A DNA stretch of 59,484 nt, filler included, from Jimgerdemannia flammicorona (Eukaryota): assembly GCA_003990765.1 (NCBI GenBank). It is 3 parts of 3 records of this genome, joined end to end, with 100 filler letters (N's around TTAATTAATTAA, not from the genome) between each part and the next. Parts side by side here need not be neighbours in the genome. Positions count along the whole stretch, not along the records: positions 1 to 19,767 come from RBNJ01001855.1; 2 more parts are not named here. The stretch is one strand, 5' to 3'. Numbering within the stretch: position 1 is the stretch's first letter; each line of letters starts with the position of its first letter. A program made the translations under genes and the position numbers. Below are positions 1 through 12,321 of the stretch, in pieces. The notes under the pieces were generated by a model, which did no database searches, was not told the origin of the DNA, and worked only from the letters and a program-made list of their open reading frames with translations.

Positions 1-249
1 GACCTCCCCTGACTACCGGTCTCGCAAGAGTATCCCAACTGACCTGGGACCTCCTCCCCGCCCAAATCCAATCCCTCGCCACCTTTACGAGCTTCTTCAC
101 CACCCATGCCGGGAAGTCCAGATGATACGCCACGTTCACTTAATTTACCAGATCATTTATATTCATAGATAGTACTCTAAATGAGTCAATTCGAATTAAA
201 TTTGAATTTGATTTATCACATGATAGTTTGATCCAAATCTCAAATCTGA

Positions 250-548
250 AGCCATCTGAATTAACTTGAATTAATCCAAATTACTCCATCTGAATTGCTC
301 CATCTGAATCACCCATCCAAATTACTCCATCCAAATCACTCTATCTATCTGAATTACTCAATCTGAATTACTCAATTCAAATCACTCAATCTAAATCACT
401 CAATCCAAATCACTCAATCCAAATTCTTTAATTTGAATCCTCTAATTCAAATCCTTCAATTCAAATCCTTCAATCCAAATCCTCATCTGAATCCTTCAAC
501 TGAATCCTCCAATCCAAATCCTCTAATCCAAATTCTCCAATCTGAATT
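250..548. repeat. Degenerate ~14-bp tandem repeat (aattactccatctg / aatcactcaatcca / aatccttcaatcca), left subterminal array of the hAT element
   Basis: Directly visible array just inside the left TIR. A short gatcaatcta x3 array (~6317-6350) lies inside the right TIR. Confidence 0.8.
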
Positions 549-1039
549 CTCTATAACTTATATGTCAGATACATATATATATATAATATACACATATATA
601 AATACATATGCATGTACATGTAAACACATGTTGACAGATTAGTCTTCAATAGTTCACAATACTGATAATGCTTCAAGTTAAACATCTCTGATAGTTTTAC
701 ATCTTCCACACAATCCTTGCTCATAACTATTGTAGGTAAAAAATTAAAAAAAAAAAAAAAAAAAAAAAGACACACTTATGATATAACTGATACTTTATTT
801 GACATATACATGATACTGTTTCATCCACCCCCATAAACTGTATAGCCAGAAGTTCAAAATACTTGATAGTTCAACTTCAAACATATATTGATATATAAAA
901 GACAAGTATTCTAACAAAATCAAAAAGAATATAGAGACAAATAAAATCAATATTCAAGCTGTAATAGATATATTTATCTGATTGCCTGACTATTTCTATA
1001 TCAACAACTCTATTTAATCAAAAATATTTAGTCATATTC

Positions 1040-2093
1040 TTTGGCAGAATTTTAAAATCAGCTCATTTACTGAATTGTATATATAGACCAGTCATTTATA
1101 ACTATTAAGAGTGATTAATTGCATAGCATCTTTGGTCTCCTCAAGCATGATTTATATTTGCCAAGTGCTAATACTATTTACAAAGATATCCTAGAGGCCT
1201 ATAGGAAGGAGCACAATAATCTCCACTAGATACTTCAGGTAAAATAAATAAATAAGAGCAGCACTATGACCATTACAAGCTAAATTATATATATATATTT
1301 ATAAAGAGCTTATCAATTTAATCTCACATTCAATAAGCAGAATTTAGCAGGCAAAATTTTATTTACAATTGATATATGGACATTCTTCAATATAATTTCA
1401 TTTCTAGATATTACTGGTCATTAGATTGATCTTAATTGGTAATATAAATCTCTCACTCTTGACTTTGTCAAACTTGCTGGCCCTTATTCTGGAGACAATA
1501 TTGCAGATGCTTTTATTAGTTATATCTAGGAGCTTGGGATTACAACTAAGGTAAAAAGGAGAACTTACCATCAGATTAGTATTTTGAGAGAGATCTTAAA
1601 ACAAAACAGATTTTATTGGTTAATTATTTTTGCATAAATTTGCTGACCAAATATTTCAAGTACAGATTTTGGCTATTATGATGGACAATGCTACAAACAA
1701 CTCAACATTTTTCTAAGTTTAGCAGCTAGCCTCAAATAGGAAAATATGGCCTTTAGTATAGAAAGCTACCATATATAGTGCTAAGTCTATATACTGAATC
1801 TTACTATTCAGAACTATCTTATGTATATAGATAAAACATCCAAGAGAGGAGGGACTCTGAGTATAGTTTCCAAGCTATGAAAACTGGTTATATTGGTCCA
1901 ATTGTCCCTATAATAATGAGACAAATTTGCTATATAGTGTAGAGCAATCAGTTTAGTCCCAAAAGAGCTTATATTAGATATCTGTATATATTAGAACTTG
2001 ATATTTGCAATAATCCAGCATATGCTAGAGTTTGCTATAGTATGCATTATTTTCTTTGATTGGCTGAAGCAACTTGTTTTGAGTGATTGAAGA

Positions 2094-2125
<32 letters not shown>

Positions 2126-3227
2126 CAAAATAAAAAAAGTCAATAGATTCAATGGTTGCTACCAACAAAGAAATATGGAGCAAGGCTCTAGGTAAAAGTG
2201 AGTGAGACATACTTAGGAATGTTGTCAGAGTTTTGGAAGTAAGTAGTAATTACTCTGGCCCTATATTTATTTTGTCTGCCTCTATATAATATAATACTTT
2301 ATTATATATAACTACCAGTATTTTGATAATTGTATGAAGAATATAGTTAAACAAATAACCCTGACAATAAGCTCTGCAATACCAGTATACAACCTTCTGA
2401 TTGATCAGCTAGAGAACAAGCTTAAGAATAGGCTAAAGGATTGTAGTGATTTACAGTTAAGCCCAGATCAGAGAGATATCATAAAGGTTACTCAAAGTAA
2501 GCTTAGAAAATACTACTCCAAAACAGATACTCAATCAGTATGGGTATATCAGTGTGTGGCTATTGCCTCTTCTAAAATAGAGAAATCTCTACAAAAACTC
2601 ACTCTCTTTCTCTGAACAGTACTGGACCCATGCTTAAAGCTACAATACTATAAAGATCAGAGCTGGGAGCTATACTTCATTGAGGGAACCAAGCAGGCTG
2701 TAATCAAAACATACTGGAAAAACTATATACTACTGCAAGGTTCTAGCCAAAGTTTGGATGAATATATCAAGAGATCTCTCCTGTCTTACATTTACTTCAG
2801 CAGAAAGAGCAAGAGAGAGCTATTAGTGGAAGAGCTGCTATCAATAGACAAACTCACCATTTACCTTGTCAGTGACTGTGTGATCCTGCTAGAGGGTATG
2901 GAGGTACTCAACTAGTAAAAGATAGGTTGTCAGACAGATGGTTAGTTGTATTGAGCCAATTCAATCCACCAATCTAACTACTATTCTAACCACTATTCTA
3001 ACCACTGCTCTATCTACTGGGGCATGTAGCTACAGCTACATCAAACAGACTTCTCTAGTCTGTATAATATGGCTTGAGACTATCTAGTAATTTCTACCAC
3101 CAGTGCTTCTATTGAGTAGATGTTCTCAGATAGAGTGGATCTCATTGTCCCTAAGAGGTATATACTAAATGCTGAGACAATCTGGACATATATGTGTCTG
3201 AAATCTTGGTGGGACTTGGGCTGCTAA
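1040..3227 (+). pseudogene. hAT transposase pseudogene with introns and many stop codons
   Basis: Manual translation gives FTIDIWT..ISFLDITGH*ID (first catalytic D), ILAIMMDNATN (second D), HI*C*VYILNL (CxxH-like), ELILDICIY*N (RWNS region) and MA*DYLVISTTSASIE*MFS...MCLKSWW (hAT dimerisation domain). GT-AG introns are visible. The 5' start is approximate. Confidence 0.9.
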
Positions 3228-3651
3228 AATTTGGTGAGTCCTGGGGTTCATGGATAAGTTAATTGATCTTGTAGATTATTTAATACTTTTTTAAAAATAA
3301 AAAGAAAAAAAAAACTTAGGACTCAGTCTGGAGTTGATACCCAAGTGGGGCAGTAGTTGATGAGATTGGTGGTAATAGAGGGAGTATGCAAAATTTGCAG
3401 CCCTTCATCAGTAGCAAAGGGTAGTCCTAAGCTATAAGTGTCTGAGACAGGGGGGTTTGTAGAAAAGACAGAGTAGGCAGAGGGAGTGTGCAAAATTTGC
3501 AGCCCTCTACCAGCAGTATGGGGTACTCTCAAGCAGCCTGTGCCCAGACTGGGGGTCAGCAGGGTTGGTGGAAGAAGTATGCAAAATTTGCAGCTCTCCA
3601 CCAGTAGCAAAAGAGACAACTCCAAGCCACCAAGAAGTCTAAGTCTAGGTT

Positions 3652-3751
3652 AGAGGGTACTTCTGGTAGTCAGAGAGTACTTCTGGTGGTCAGAGGGTAC
3701 TTCTGGTGGTTGGAGGGCATTTTTGGCAGTCAGAGAGTACTTTTAGCAGTT
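3652..3751. repeat. 20-bp tandem repeat x5 (agagggtacttctggtggtc)
   Basis: Units start at 3652, 3672, 3692, 3712 and 3732. Copies differ mainly by transitions. Confidence 0.85.
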
Positions 3752-5261
3752 GAAGTCTATTACAGATTTAGGCCCTATAACTGGTTCAGGTCTCATGGGC
3801 ACCCTGGCCCTATACCATAGTACTATACTAGTGGTACTACAGAGCAGGGCCAAGGGGCTGATAGGGCCCAATATAATTACTAAACTAGTACTACAGAAAG
3901 AGGTATCTGGCTGCCAACTCAACCTCTTATAAAAGACTCTCCAACTCATACAAAATAACTGCTAAACCCTTAAAAAAGATTGCCTAACTCTCACAAAAAC
4001 TGCTCCACCTACTGGTCCCAGGTCTTGATGAGCCTGTCATCTATTGTGAGTATAATAACTATTGTATCTGAGCTCTCCTCAAAGGTGACAGTACTGTGGT
4101 GGTTATGTAGTTGGAATAGGATAATTATATTGGTTACAAACAGGACTCCAAAACTATAGATGAGGTCATACCAGACTCTACTACTATCTTCTCAGATTGG
4201 GTTCTTCCTTTCTGAGATTTAAAATATTACTGAGGTGATATTGTTGTCTATATATATAGATAGAGATATATTATATCCAATATGTATATTCTGATATAAT
4301 ATGAGTATATAGTTGGGTGAACTCTTGACTCAGAATCTCATACTGCCAGACTGTGCTGGTAGATACCTGTCCTTAGTTCAGCCCCAGGAGCCCCAGCTTG
4401 GAAACCTGCCAAAACAAACAGTATCTGGTTAGTTCTTTTTGTATGTAGGGGGGCAGAAACCCCCTGAGCTGCAGAAACCCCCTAGGCTGCAGCACCAAAA
4501 AAGTGGAGCTCCTCACTTTATATGATATACTAAATTGTGTTAAGAATATATACAGCTATGCTGAGATTACCACTAAGCTGGCCTACTATATACTTTATTA
4601 ATCTGCTCAAAGAACTCTAGATCATAGCCACTATTACTATATAGACCATATCATACTTATATATAGTTTGCTCTTCAATAGTACTTCTAAAGTTCTGGTA
4701 AAGGTATAGAATCTTATATATCTCTAGAATTATATCAAAAAGAGTATATCAGTAAAGAGAGTAATTATCTGAGAAGAAGAAAAAAAAAAAAAAGAGAGAT
4801 GAGTGCAGGGAATTTTGAAACTCCAGAACCCACCCTTCATCAATATTACAGTATATCCAATTTCTATCCAAACTTCCCCTCCTTGCTTTTTTCACCCCCT
4901 CTTTTCTATCATCTGATATTTGATGCAATTCTTATAAATCTCATTAATGTAGCAACAAAGCTCATCACTATAGAGATTCCTTATTACTACTACAACCACC
5001 TCTCTATGACTGTTAATAATAATATGGTTCTTTTCATCATTGATTACTCCTGCTGACCAATGGGCCCCTTGGTTAAGAATGATTGGCTCTAATTTAAATA
5101 TAGACACCCAAGCCTTGATAATGATACTAGTACTACTTATGCTGAATATCTTGTCCTTAAATTTCTCTATTTAATCAGATACTAGACATAGTTGAACTCA
5201 GGTAACTTTGAACTCTTATTTCTAATGAAACTGAGTCCTGATCTGAGAGGTCAAGATAAGT

Positions 5262-5431
5262 ATACAGATAGGTTATATGTGGGCAGATTTCTTGTAGATG
5301 AGTTGTATGCAGATGAGTTACATATAGATGAGTTGTATGCAGATAAATTGTATGCAGACAGATTGCATGCAGATGAGTTGTATATAAATGAGTTGTATGT
5401 AGATAGGTTACATATAGACTAATTGCATGTA
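5262..5431. repeat. 15-bp tandem repeat (agatgagttgtatgc), about 11 copies
   Basis: Directly visible. It explains the DELYA repeats in ORF 5192..5422. Confidence 0.85.
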
Positions 5432-6454
5432 GGTATTATGTAGGTGTTTTTAGGAGAGACTACATAAAAATGAAGTTAAATAAATACAGAGATGGGTATT
5501 TTAGAAAAAGAGTATGAGTGGGTGAGTTGTATACTGATAAGTTACATGAGTTATACAAGATTGCTCATAAAGGCTTGCTTTTGTTTCTTTTGAGATCTCT
5601 GTTATGTGATATATTGACTCAACAGTTCAGCCATCAAAGGCATGCTCTATAATATTTACCAGCCTTTCTTCATCTTAACCAGATATTGTGAATAAAGTCA
5701 GCAGATCTCACTATAGAACTATAGACCCTAAGAAAAGCATAAGGTAAATTGAATCATACTGAGGGAAATTAAAAAAGTAAATATAAATAAATAAGTGGCA
5801 GCAGAATGAGCAATCTATATCTACTATCAGCTGCTCCAAAAAGGCTGCTGTATATATAACTATGAGGTCTGTAAATTCTGAGGTCCAAAGGACTGCTGTG
5901 AGTTGTTGTCAGAATTTTCTCTCATCTCTGCTATCATTATTGCCATCACTATTGCCACTACTATTACTACTACTATCACCTCTTTGGCTCTCAATAAGTA
6001 GCTTGTGTGTTGCCCATATAAGAAAGAATCTAATATTATCAGCAGAGAGTATATTTCTATCTTGAATACTCTCTCTTTTGATGATCATTACAGGGTAAAA
6101 ATAATAAGTAGACTGGACTAATATATAATTAAGGGCTGTTGTTTTGTTTGCTTATAATGCAGCAGAAAAGAAAAAAAAACCAAGAAAAAGAACAAAGAAA
6201 GAACAAAAGAAGAGAGGGAACAAAAGAAAGAATGATATCACTAAAGTATAGTAGAAAAAAAAAAACAGAGCAAAAAATGAACAAAAGAAAGGGTAATATT
6301 ACAAAAGATTTTATATGATCAATCTAGATCAATCTAGATCAATCCAGATCAGGTTACAAGACCAATCTAAGTTGATTTAAATCTATCATATAATAAATCT
6401 AAATTGAATCTCATCTGGATCAATTCCATCCATTCAGAGTACTATTTATGAATA

Positions 6455-7425
6455 CTCTTCTTTGGCTTCATTTGAAGATTAAATAGTTGAGATTTTAGAT
6501 AGAATCAATTTAATATAGATACTTTTATATATATGATATTTATATAGGATCTCTCATATATCATAAGTTATTATAGTATATATTATAAGCTTCATTTATA
6601 AGTTTAATAATATAAATATAATCTTGCATAATGCTTAAAGAATATTTGCAAAGTTATAATCTTGAATTAGTACTTGTGGCTTTATATACTCTGTCAAGTC
6701 ATATTTATTTAGGAGATTTATCATATGAAATGCCCAAATAGCATAGTCTTTCCTATTAAAGATCAGAATAGACCTTTTAGCTATATTTACATTAATGACT
6801 AGAACTGTATTTCCCATACTTATTGAGATTATACCTATAGAAGGAATACTTGTGATTGATATATCTATTTCTATACATTATTAGGCTGATTGTTTGACAT
6901 TTCTAATATAGTATATTTAAAGAGATATATTTGCTATAGTTACTTAATACTTAGTGGGGCTCATAATCTTTATTATAAAGAGAGATATTTTATTGAAGTT
7001 GTGTAGATTATGTATTTCTCTATATTACTAATATGTAAATGATTTAAATCTGATGGAATGACATAAGATCATATACTGGTATATCAAGTTACTATCCTAA
7101 TAAAGTCAATATACTCAGAAGTATGAGTGGAGAGAAAGTAAATAGAAATATGACTTTATATTATTTAAATATAGCAATACTTATAAATAATTGAGAGTCT
7201 TGATTAAAATTTGATATTACTGAGAAGCTATTAGAGTATGGATAATCTATAAGAGAGCTGAAAAACTCAATCATCTGGAAATGACAATATTCTCATATAT
7301 CCTGAATATAGTATAGCTATTCAGTAAGATGAGAGAAAAAATCATAGTCATATGTTTTATCTGAAATTGAATTAGATTGACATTGTTTATGTATCAATTA
7401 ATGTCAATTTAAATATATTATAACA
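6455..7425 (-). mobile_element. Ty1/Copia relic: 5' LTR (~6971-7425), PBS (~6957-6968) and gag N-terminus
   Basis: On the minus strand the LTR begins TGTTATAATA (7425) and ends ...TATAATA (mutated ...TAACA). It is followed by GATTATGAGCCCC, resembling the GGTTATGAGCCC Copia PBS, then by LIFNRKDYAIWAFHMINLLNKYDLTEYI, resembling the Copia gag N-terminal FDGxNYxxWxxxM motif. Confidence 0.7.
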
Positions 7426-7429
7426 TATA

Positions 7430-8470
7430 TCTAAATAACAAATCTTTAAATTGAATTAATTTAATATTTTATTAAAATATAATATTATACTTAAAATAAG
7501 TCAATATTATATAATTAAAAATATAAATCAAATTAATTTTAATTAGATTAAAGAATAATTTGATTAAATCAATTCAATTAACTATATATAATAATAATAT
7601 AAGTATTATATTTTAAAATTATTATTATTATAAATAAGTTATATATTATATATTATTAATAAATCAAATTAAAATTTAATTTGATTCTATTTAATTTAAA
7701 TTAAGATTTGATTTGATTTGATTCAAATTAAATTAAGATATAGTTTTATTTAATTTTAAAATTTAACTTACTTTTTAAGTTTTAATTACTAATAAAAATA
7801 TATTCAAATTTAATATTTTTTAGCTAGTTAAATTTAGCTTATATAGATTAGTATAATATAATAAATAATTAAATTTGAATGTTTCAAGTTTAAATTTAAA
7901 TTTTAAATAATATTAAATCTTAATTTAATTATATTAAATTAAATTAAATCTAAACACAATCTTGATTTAATTTATTTTAAAGTTTAATTATATATTATAT
8001 AATATAATATATTAGTTTTAATTATAAGTTAAAAAGAGTTAATAACTTAAAAACTATAATAAATCTTTCTTAAAGTATATTTAATTTGGTTATTTAATAA
8101 TTTAAGTAAATATTATAATTTTTTAATATTTTAATAATTAATAACTTATAAAATAAATTAAATATAATATATTCAGATTTATTTTAAATCTAATTATATT
8201 TATAGCTAATAAATTACTGACTTATAGTTGAGCTTTTAACTATTTACATATATATAACTAGTTACTATTTATTTTTTTAAAAAAAGATAAGCTTTTATTT
8301 TATTAATTTTAAATAGTAGAAAAAAGACAAATTGAATAATAGTAATATTTGACTTTTCTTTTATTTAAATAATATTTAAATTTTCAAAGATATTAAGCTA
8401 CATATATCTATATTATATTGCAAACTACAAATAGCTCATTAAATAAGTTTTTATTTAGTATCTTACTATT
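7430..8470. repeat. Extremely AT-rich block, probably a fully eroded repeat
   Basis: Nearly devoid of C and G, with no ORF. It adjoins the Copia relic and switches abruptly to normal composition at ~8510. Confidence 0.6.
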
Positions 8471-10235
8471 TGAATAACCATGGTAGTTCTAGAGCTAATA
8501 ACCTATTTAGTAATAAAATTCCTTTCTCTCGCTGGGCAATCACGTGGGCCCTCGCTCACGTGCTCCCTCGAAGCGGTCACTTAAAATCTTACCTCTGGTG
8601 GCTTAGCATGACTAAAAAACCCCTGGAACAACACCAGTTATGTCGAACCCTGAATTATCAGAATGTGTCAAAAGAGAAAAAATACTCGCCATCTTCACAA
8701 CGCCATCAACTACCGTCGACAGCTAAAATAATCAGGATTAACAAAACAATAATTGGTTGGTCACGTCGTTTTGCTACTCCTTCGTCAGACTCCGCCTCAT
8801 TCCCCATCACCTTATTAGCGTCAACTGCTAATGTAATGTAATTTCGGCCATGAGTTTATCGGGCAGGTGACGCGTTTTGCGGTTCGAGATCCATCCGTAC
8901 CAGTTAATGATTTTCGAAACTGGTCTAATTAAAAGGCATTGCAACCCCCCAAATTGCTGATATATACAAAAAAAAAAAAAAGTTATCAACAATCAGAGGT
9001 TTTATCCCAGATTCCAATTATATAGCTAATTATGACGTGTTTTGCGTGGATTTTGCGTAATTAAATTTCGATCTACTATTGGCTAGTACAAAATTCATGC
9101 GGTGGTCGAGGTTGGTCCAATTTCAATTTACAGCGACTACGACGTCAGCGAATCGAAAAAACCTATCCACTCCTACTCCCCCATATTATTTACCAGGCTA
9201 TACCACTTAGTAGCGTGTGCGTGCAGTCTGCCGTGCACCCTAACCTCCTACGGCGTGGGAGGGACAGAGGCGGGGTGGGCAGACTATGGCTTGGGGGAGA
9301 TACCAAGCTTGGTGCATAGCCTGGTTCGTCGGATGCACGGCATTCCTGGGAAAACAGTTTGCCTTAACCCCCCCAGCAGGGGGGGACAAGTTGGGTGGTA
9401 GGTACCATCCAGCCCCTGTTTGTGTTGCCTCCGAACGAGGAGCTTAGCCTTGCGGTCTTCGCCCTTCTTCCCCCGTCGTTACCTAGCATCTCCACATTCT
9501 CAACCTTTTTCCTTCCTTACTTGTATCCTGGGCGGCCGGGCTTCGCCCTCCGTTACCCGCACTTTGTGTGGCCTTTTGGTGGTTGCCGTCAGACAGCCAT
9601 TGGTCTGTTCACATTACTTATCGATATACTATTCGCCCTATTGTCGACGCGTCCCGCTGTGATTTAGGTAAATATCCGTCGGTCGTATCAACAGTTGGCA
9701 ACCAACACCGAAGCTCGTTTTCTCGCATTTTTTATTCACATCTTCAAACGTAGCCACCAGGACTGCCCATCTATGCAAAAACTAAGTACTCATATTATTG
9801 CTTCGCACTTACAATCGTTTGTTCGCAAGAAAGAAATATATTTGGCCGATATGAAAATGCCATATCGGTCTTGGCCAACTCTAGAAGCCAACTGACGAGC
9901 CCCCTGAGTAAGGGCGAAACCGATTTGGCTGCGAAATAATTACGTGAAATACGCGAGCAGGAAAGCGGCGAGCGTGAAATGGAAACAGACATGAATCTTT
10001 ACGCGACATACACTCTGCTGCAATTGATGACACCCCCCCACCGAGATTGTCTGCCGAGGTCTCCCTGCTTTGAACGCACTCCACAGTTCTCCGCACGGGT
10101 TGGGTCAGCCGTGGGTACCCGACGAGATTCTGGCCTCCGCCGAGATTCGTACTGCCATGTTTCTGGCCGTGGTTCCGAAATGGCTTCGAGAGTACCTCGT
10201 AGTAGTTGGTCTTCTAGGTTGCGGTCATCCAAGTT

Positions 10236-10345
10236 GGGTCCTTGTTAGTCTTCAGGGTTGAGGTCTTCGTTAGTCTTCTGGGTTGGGGTCTTCGTTGGGT
10301 TTCTGGATTGGGGTCTTCGTTAGTTTTCCATGTTGGATTTTCTTC
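10236..10345. repeat. 25-bp tandem repeat (gggtcttcgttagtcttctgggttg), about 4 copies
   Basis: Directly visible. Confidence 0.75.
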
Positions 10346-10599
10346 CGCGTGAAACGTAACCTAACTTCGATTTTCTGACTATTACAGATCAAGTTCGAAT
10401 TGATGCTAAACGGGATGCCACCCGACCCATGCAGAGCACCACTCCGCAGCCACTCTGTATGTCTTGTTGCAAAACTGCCGCTTTGTAAGAATCTTGTCTC
10501 GAGTTGGGTTTGCTTCGGGTAGAGTTTAGAGTTTCACCCACAACAACCTTTCACTCATCTTCTCGACGATGGAAAACACAGCGACAAACTATACACGCC

Positions 10600-10900
10600 A
10601 TCGAGAACGAAATTAAGCTCCACGGAACATTTCAGTGTGCCGGAGGCTGCGGTCCAGTGGTAGAAGACATGTTTCAGTTCGTGCGGAAACGACGCCGATA
10701 GTCGAAAATTGGATGATATATTTAAATGCAGCGATGACTGAGGTTTCGGCAGGAGCTGAGGATGCCAACATGGTACTTTGATGAACTTTGTGGGGCCGTC
10801 GAGAATGTTCTGTGGCCCAGACACGTGCAAAACGCAATGTGTGCAAAAGCGATTCGGCATCGCTTCGACCTGTCAGTTTTTATTCAATGCACGTATTCGG
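10600..10900 (+). pseudogene. Possible fragment of a PIF/Harbinger transposase N-terminal region
   Basis: A stop-interrupted frame reads VEDMFQFVRKRRR*...LRFRQELRMPTWYFDELCGAVE, resembling the FRxxxRMxxxxFxxLC motif. No downstream DDE motifs were found. Confidence 0.25.
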
Positions 10901-12184
10901 AACTAATTCAAGGCTATAGAAATGGTCCTGTGAAGTAGAAAACGCATCGAGAAGTACCACCGCGGTATGTAGCGGCGACGTCGTCGCCTTCGTATGCGGC
11001 GGTAAGAGTGCAGATGAGGCGGTATGAGTGCAGATATGGGGGGGGGGTCCGGGATAGAGGAATGTTTAAAGCCGCATATTCCAGTCAAATTGGAATTGTA
11101 CGTTTGGAATGATGAGATTGTATTTTTCATTTTATTTTTCATTTTTTAAAAGTAGGGTAAATGTCCGAATAGTGTTCAAAAAAATACCTACAAAGGTTAC
11201 CAAGAAGCACTGAACTGGCATTTACGGCAAAGAATTAGGTAGGATTTTTGTAGGATGGAGCCGAATGATAGAATTTTCGCATGGCGTAAATCCATGTATG
11301 CCACGATGCCCCGGGTATTAAGGCGGGGCGAAGGCGTTCGTAAATGAGCGACCTCCGTACACGGCAATGGATTGGCCCTACGTTCGCGGTCAGCGTTACG
11401 ATCGCATAAGAGATGGGCAGGTTGGGGCGTTGATCTTCGTAGAGGGATCGGTGTCTGCGGCAACGGCGTTCTTTGCCTCTGTGGAAAAATGGACCGCGCG
11501 CGTGGTAAATCATCTACCTCTTAATATGAAATTACATCAAGGAAAAACATGGCCCACGTTTTTCCCTTTTCCAATTGTTGTCTTCTTACTACTCTTCCCT
11601 AGATCCTCCCTCTTCTCCCCCCTGTTCTCCCCGCTCACCGCTTGCTCGCCCCTCACCCACCTCAAACCTGTCTGCCCACCGCCTGATCACGGCCTCGACC
11701 AGCGCCGTACACCGTTCCTGCACGTTCGTCCGGCAGGTCAAGCACAGCTGCCGCACGTTTGGCCAGTTGGGGAACCGGAACAGGTCGATCGAGAAGGGTC
11801 GCCGAGGGCCCTGAATGTGAAGAAGAGGAGGATGTCCACAAACATGTTAGTTATCCGGTTCTCGGCTACCACCGTGAAGATGAAAAAAAAACAAACACCC
11901 ACCACCCTCTTCGCCGCCTCCACGACTCAGATCCCATTCTCGATGGCTAATCCGTTGAAATTGCGGAGAGCCTAGTCGCGGTGCTCCTTAAGCTCCTCGA
12001 CGACCTCGGCGGAGGCGTCATGGCACGCTGGATGGCGTGGCTCCTCCACAGGCAAAGAGTGTTAATGACTGAAACGATCATCTGATGAGGGTCGGAAATT
12101 CCTCCTCGTCGTACCCCAACCCTCCCTTATCGATGAGACTGCCAATGAGCTGCACGGCCTGCTCAACCTCGACGTCGCCCTCTC

Positions 12185-12321
12185 CGAACGTCCATAATGA
12201 CGATGAGGTGCTCAATGCGGGAGACGGCGCCGTCTTCGAACGTCCATAATAGCGATGAGGTGCTCAATGCGGGAGACGGCGCCGTCTTCGAACGTCCATA
12301 ATAGCGATGAGGTGCTCGATG
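12185..12321. repeat. 52-bp tandem repeat, about 2.6 copies; the full copies contain the palindrome agacggcgccgtct
   Basis: Units start at 12185, 12237 and 12289 and are nearly identical. Confidence 0.9.

Larger units (their letters stand above)
160..6454 (+). mobile_element. Degenerate hAT-superfamily DNA transposon (~6.3 kb) bounded by terminal inverted repeats
   Basis: 160-183 (tattcatagatagtactctaaatg) matches the reverse complement of 6431-6454 at 22/24, and both mismatches are transitions. Contains a hAT transposase relic and subterminal tandem repeats at both ends. No clear 8-bp TSD, so the exact ends are uncertain by a few bp. Confidence 0.75.

Noticed and set aside
250..548. Telomeric repeat
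   Set aside because: The units are degenerate ~14-mers, internal, and lie inside a transposon TIR.
7430..8470. Mitochondrial insertion, endobacterial DNA or centromere core
   Set aside because: No ORFs, rRNA or tRNA similarity. The comparable AT-rich block at 13880-15500 decodes as a mutated transposase, so erosion is the simpler explanation.
8860..8900. tRNA suggested by GGTTCGA (also at ~24693)
   Set aside because: I could not build a cloverleaf or acceptor stem at either site.
12185..12321. CRISPR-like array
   Set aside because: Head-to-tail repeats with no unique spacers, no cas genes, and a eukaryotic context.
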